From Candidatus Latescibacterota bacterium (GTDB lineage Bacteria; Latescibacterota; UBA2968): a stretch of 64,000 nucleotides of DNA. Made by a program: the position numbers and the translations under genes. Below, one piece after another: positions 59,957 to 64,000 of this stretch; position 1 is the first letter of the stretch, and the number at the start of each line of letters is the position of its first letter. Under the pieces are notes generated by a model that did not search any database, was not told where the DNA came from, and saw nothing but the letters and a program-made list of their open reading frames with translations. Location: the NCBI GenBank assembly GCA_965204745.1, contig OZ242010.1:5216001-5280000 (forward strand), given 5' to 3'.

Positions 59957-60305
59957 TCCAAAAACTGCTGAATGTAACGCCTGTTTATAGAGATGAAACC
60001 TTTATGGCATTCGCCATCAAACAGCCTGAATCTGAGAATGAAATTAAGCTACGGGGCTTTGGGTTTGTAATACCAAATGGCGTTGTTGCATAAATGTTAT
60101 CGTGGCTAAGTTCATCCCTTTCCCGCGAGATTTAAGCCCCTCTTTCTATGGGATAGGACACGGGTTTCGCGATCCTCATCATGCGATTGAGCACCGCACA
60201 TCTCAACCGCGCTTCCGTTTTTTGCTTGACAAAACCCACTTGGCTATTTTTTTTAGCCACCCGTGGTGTAAAATTTTCAACGCAGTATAACTTTTGGAGT
60301 TCACC

Positions 60306-63300
60306 ATGACGACCTATCGCCCTTTTAGCTCCGTTCTTCTGCTCTGCACCCTGCTCGTTGTCTGTGGCGAATCCGCCGCGCAGAATACCGCTTCAAGCGA
60401 TGCGGACCTGAGCGGCCTGACGCTCTCGGCAGGGACGCTGGCTCCGGCCTTTGCCCGCGACTCTCTCGCCTACACCGCGACCGTGGCGAACAGCATCGAC
60501 AGCCTGACCGTTATGCCGACGAGCAACCACAACGGCGCCACGATCACGGTGAACGGCACTTCGGTATCGAGTGGCAGTGCGAGCAGTGCCATCTCCCTCA
60601 GTGTGGGCGAAAACACCATTACCATAGTGGTCACAGCAGAAGATGGGAAGATGACGAAAACCTACACAGTGACCGTTGAGCGCGGCGTGAACATCCCCGA
60701 CGCCAACTTGCGTGCTGTCATTGAGGGCGCACTAGAAAAATTGAGCGGTGCGATCATTACCCCAAGTGAGATGGCGACCCTGACGACCCGCCTTGATGCT
60801 GCGTATCAGAACATTAGTGATTTGACCGGGCTGGAGTATGCAACCCGCCTGGATTCTCTGATTCTTCACCACAACCGCATCTCTGATATCTCGGCCCTGT
60901 CGGGCTTAACCAGCCTGAAAGAGCTGGATCTTTGGAGCAACCGCATCTCTGATATCTCGGCCCTGTCGGGCTTAACCAGCCTGACAGCTCTGAATCTTTG
61001 GAGGAACAGCATCTCTGATATCTCGGCCCTGTCGGGCTTAACCAGCCTGACATTGCTGACTCTTTCCGGCAACCGTATCTCTGATATCTCGGCCCTGTCG
61101 GGCTTAACCAGCCTGAAAGGGCTGGATCTTCAACGCATCAACATCTCTGATATCTCTGCCCTGTCGGGCTTAACCAGCCTGACATTCCTGCGGCTTGAAG
61201 ACAACAGCATCTTTGATATCTCGGCCCTGTCGGGCTTAACCAGCCTGAAATATCTGTATATTAACAACAACCACATCTCTGATATCTCGGCTCTGTCGGG
61301 CTTAACCAGCCTGATAGAGCTGTATCTTCACGACAACCACATCTCTGATATCTCGGCTCTGTCGGGCTTAACCAGCCTGAAATATCTGTATCTTGACAAC
61401 AACCGCATCTCTGATATCTCGGCCCTGTCGGGCTTAACCAGCCTGAGCGCTCTGTATATTAAGGGTAATCCCTTGAGCTATCCTTCCTTCATTACCCACA
61501 TCCCGGCTCTAAAGCACCGAGGCGTCAATGTATACTATCATTTTCGACCCCTGGCCAGTTTGGTAAAAATCTCGGGCGATGACCAAACCGGCACGGCTGG
61601 TTCTCGCCTGTCCGATCCGCTCATCGTTGAAGTCCGGGGTGAGAACGACGTTGCCTTTGCCGGGGTGCCGGTCACTTTTTCGGTCACGGCGGGCGGTGGG
61701 TCGCTCAGTACCACAACCGATACAACCGATGCCAATGGTCGCGCCTCGACAAGGTTGACGCTGGGTGCTACGGGCGCAGACACGGTTGTAGCGGCTATCG
61801 ACGTCTCGAACATTGACAAGTCCGTGACCTTCACCACGGCAACAGGTGGGACAGCGGACCTGAAAGGCTTGACACTCTCGGCAGGGACGCTGGTTCCGGC
61901 CTTCGCCCGCGACTCTCTCTCCTACACGGCGACCGTGGCGAACAGCACAACCAGTCTGACCGTCACGCCGACGAGCAATCACAACGGTGCCACGATCACA
62001 GTGAACGGCACTTCGGTATCGAGTGGCAGTGCGAGTAGTGCCATTTCCCTCAGTGTGGGCGAAAACACCATTACCATAGTGGTTGCCGCAGAGGATGGGA
62101 TCACGACGAAAACCTACACAGTGACCGTTGGGCACGGCGTGAACATCCCCGACGCCAACTTGCGTGTTGCCATTGAGGGCGCACTGAAAAAAACGAGCGG
62201 TGCGATCATTACCCCAAGTGAGATGGCGACCCTAACCCACCTTTATGCTAGGGGGATTAGGTTCTGTTGACATTTTGTTTTAGAGCGATGAGCGTGGCCG
62301 CAAAAGCGAGAAAGCCTCGATAACTCGTGCTGAGTTTCTCAAAGCGAGCGAATATCCTGCGATACTGCTTCATTTTTCCAATCAACCGCTCAATCAAATT
62401 GCGTTGCTTATACCGATGGCGATCATAATCACGCGGGGTCTTGCGATAAGACCGGGGCGGAATCACGGCAACCTGTCCATGGTGAGAAAGGACGTCCAGA
62501 AACGCTTGTGAATCATAGCCCTTATCCGCGATGACAGATCGGCTCTCATACCCAGCGATTAACGCTTCGGCTTGCGTGATATCGTGGGTTTGTCCCGGTG
62601 TGAGTCGAAACCGGAGCGGGAGGCCACGCGCATCTGTGCAGAGATGGATTTTGGTGCTGAACCCGCCTCGGCTCTTGCCGAGGGCTTGCGCGGCTTGCCC
62701 CCCTTTTTTTTTGAGGCACCCGCTGCACAGGCATGAGCACGCACGACAGTGCTGTCAATGATCAGACATGCCAAGTCTGGATCAGACGTAAAATGCTGGT
62801 GCATGCGTTCCCACACGCCATACCGGCACCAGCGAGCAAAGCGTTTATAGACTGTGTTCCACTTCCCGTACTGTGCGGGCAACTGACGCCACTGACCACC
62901 CGAGCGCATCACCCACAGAACCGCTTCAATGAAGCGTTTGCAACCGGCTTCCTCGCCGACATAGACGCGAGGGCATTCGCGGATGAATGCGAGAATTTTA
63001 GGCCACTGATTCGGAGAAAGAATAAGGTTTGACATACACACAGAGTAACTCAAAATATCCCAAATGTCAACAGAACCTAGTGATATGACCGGGCTTGAGT
63101 ATGCAATCAGCCTGGATACGCTGAATCTTCGCACCACCAACATCTCTGATATCTCTGCCCTGTCGGGCTTAACCAGCCTGAAAGTGCTGATTATTAGCGA
63201 CAACGGCAACACCACCCCCCTCTCTGATATCTCTGCCCTGTCGGGCTTAACCAGCCTGAAAAAGCTGATTATTGGCGGCTACAGCAACACCAACATCTCT

Positions 63301-64000
63301 GATATCTCTGCCCTGTCGGGCTTAACCAGCCTGACATTTCTGAATCTTGCCGCCAACAACATCTCTGATATCTCTGCCCTGTCGGGCTTAACCAGCCTGA
63401 CATCTCTGGGTCTTCACTACAACCGCATCTCTGATATCTCTGCCCTGTCGGGCTTAACCAGCCTGACAGGTCTGAATCTTTCCTACAACCGCATCTCTGA
63501 TATCTCTGCCCTGTCGGGCTTAACCAGCCTGACAGGTCTGGACATTAGGGCTAATCCCTTGAGCTATCCCTCCCTCACTACCCACATCCCGGCTCTCCAG
63601 AGCCGAGGCGTTTATGTAAGCTACGATACCCGCACCGTGACCAGTTTTATAAAAACCTCGGGCGATGACCAAACCGGCACGGCTGGTTCTAGCCTGTCCT
63701 ATCCGTTCAGAGTTCAAGTGTGGAGTCAGGGCAACTTTCCCGGGTTTGCCGGGGTGCCGGTCGCCTTTTCGGTCACGGCGGGCGGTGGGTCGCTCAGTAC
63801 CACAACCGATACCACCGATGCCTATGGTCGCGCCTCGACGAGGTTGACGCTGGGTGCTGCGGGCGCGAATACAGTTAAGGCAATTATCGACGTCTCGGAC
63901 ATTGACAAGTCCGTGACCTTCACCGCCACGGCAATAGATGTGACAACGGACCTGAAATTGACACTCTCGGCAGGGACCCTGAAATTGACACTCTCGGCAG
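60306..64000 (+). pseudogene. Large secreted cadherin-like beta-sandwich / LRR / Ig-like repeat protein, interrupted by IS5; runs off the window
   Basis: Signal peptide; repeated ADLSGLTLS..TKTYTVTV domains; 22-aa LRRs; IS removal restores ..ARGI-SDMTGLEYA. Confidence 0.88.
62260..63077 (-). mobile_element. IS5-family element, copy 2, 818 bp, TA duplication
   Basis: TIR GGTTCTGTTGACA; TA at 62258-62259 and 63078-63079; about 3 substitutions versus copy 1. Confidence 0.93.

Noticed and set aside
60860-61445. CRISPR-like regular repeats with variable intervals (also 12340-12995 and 63120-63535)
   Set aside because: They are in-frame 22-aa LRR coding units.
1-64000. rRNA/tRNA genes and the many antisense shadow ORFs
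   Set aside because: No tRNA or rRNA signature was recognised; long antisense ORFs are expected at this GC content and overlap well-supported genes.

Overview
Bacterial chromosome window, fairly GC-rich. Dockerin/cohesin-like domains, Por/FlgD-type C-terminal sorting domains, GWxTD proteins and internalin-like LRRs suggest an FCB-superphylum organism such as Latescibacterota, possibly host- or sponge-associated; this is inference only. Core genes include an M16 protease, IMP cyclohydrolase, HAD, sulfatase, anmK, ccsA-sirC-hemA-hemC-cobA/hemD, galU and mreBC. Main observations: (1) Two apparently identical 1293-bp IS110 elements. Their non-coding left end encodes a fully readable bridge RNA whose four guides match the actual target (CCCCT-CT-TRCCT, a heptamer-repeat family) and the circle-junction donor (AGAGTAT-CT-TGTAT). 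An empty target lies next to copy 1. (2) Two IS5 copies each split an LRR surface protein in frame, and one carries a foreign IS end. (3) A defence-like patch (WYL, AAA, UDG-like, NucS/EVE-like) in which two unrelated genes share a 5' motif and a 3' terminator, with a three-way RNA switch upstream. (4) A sigma54/NtrC-type secreted-protein locus (MepA-like peptidase, partner paralogs, MacB permeases, three GWxTD genes) shaped by duplication and reciprocal deletion. (5) Nested families of non-autonomous repeats down to a ~27-bp insertion module. All calls are by eye; no searches were run.
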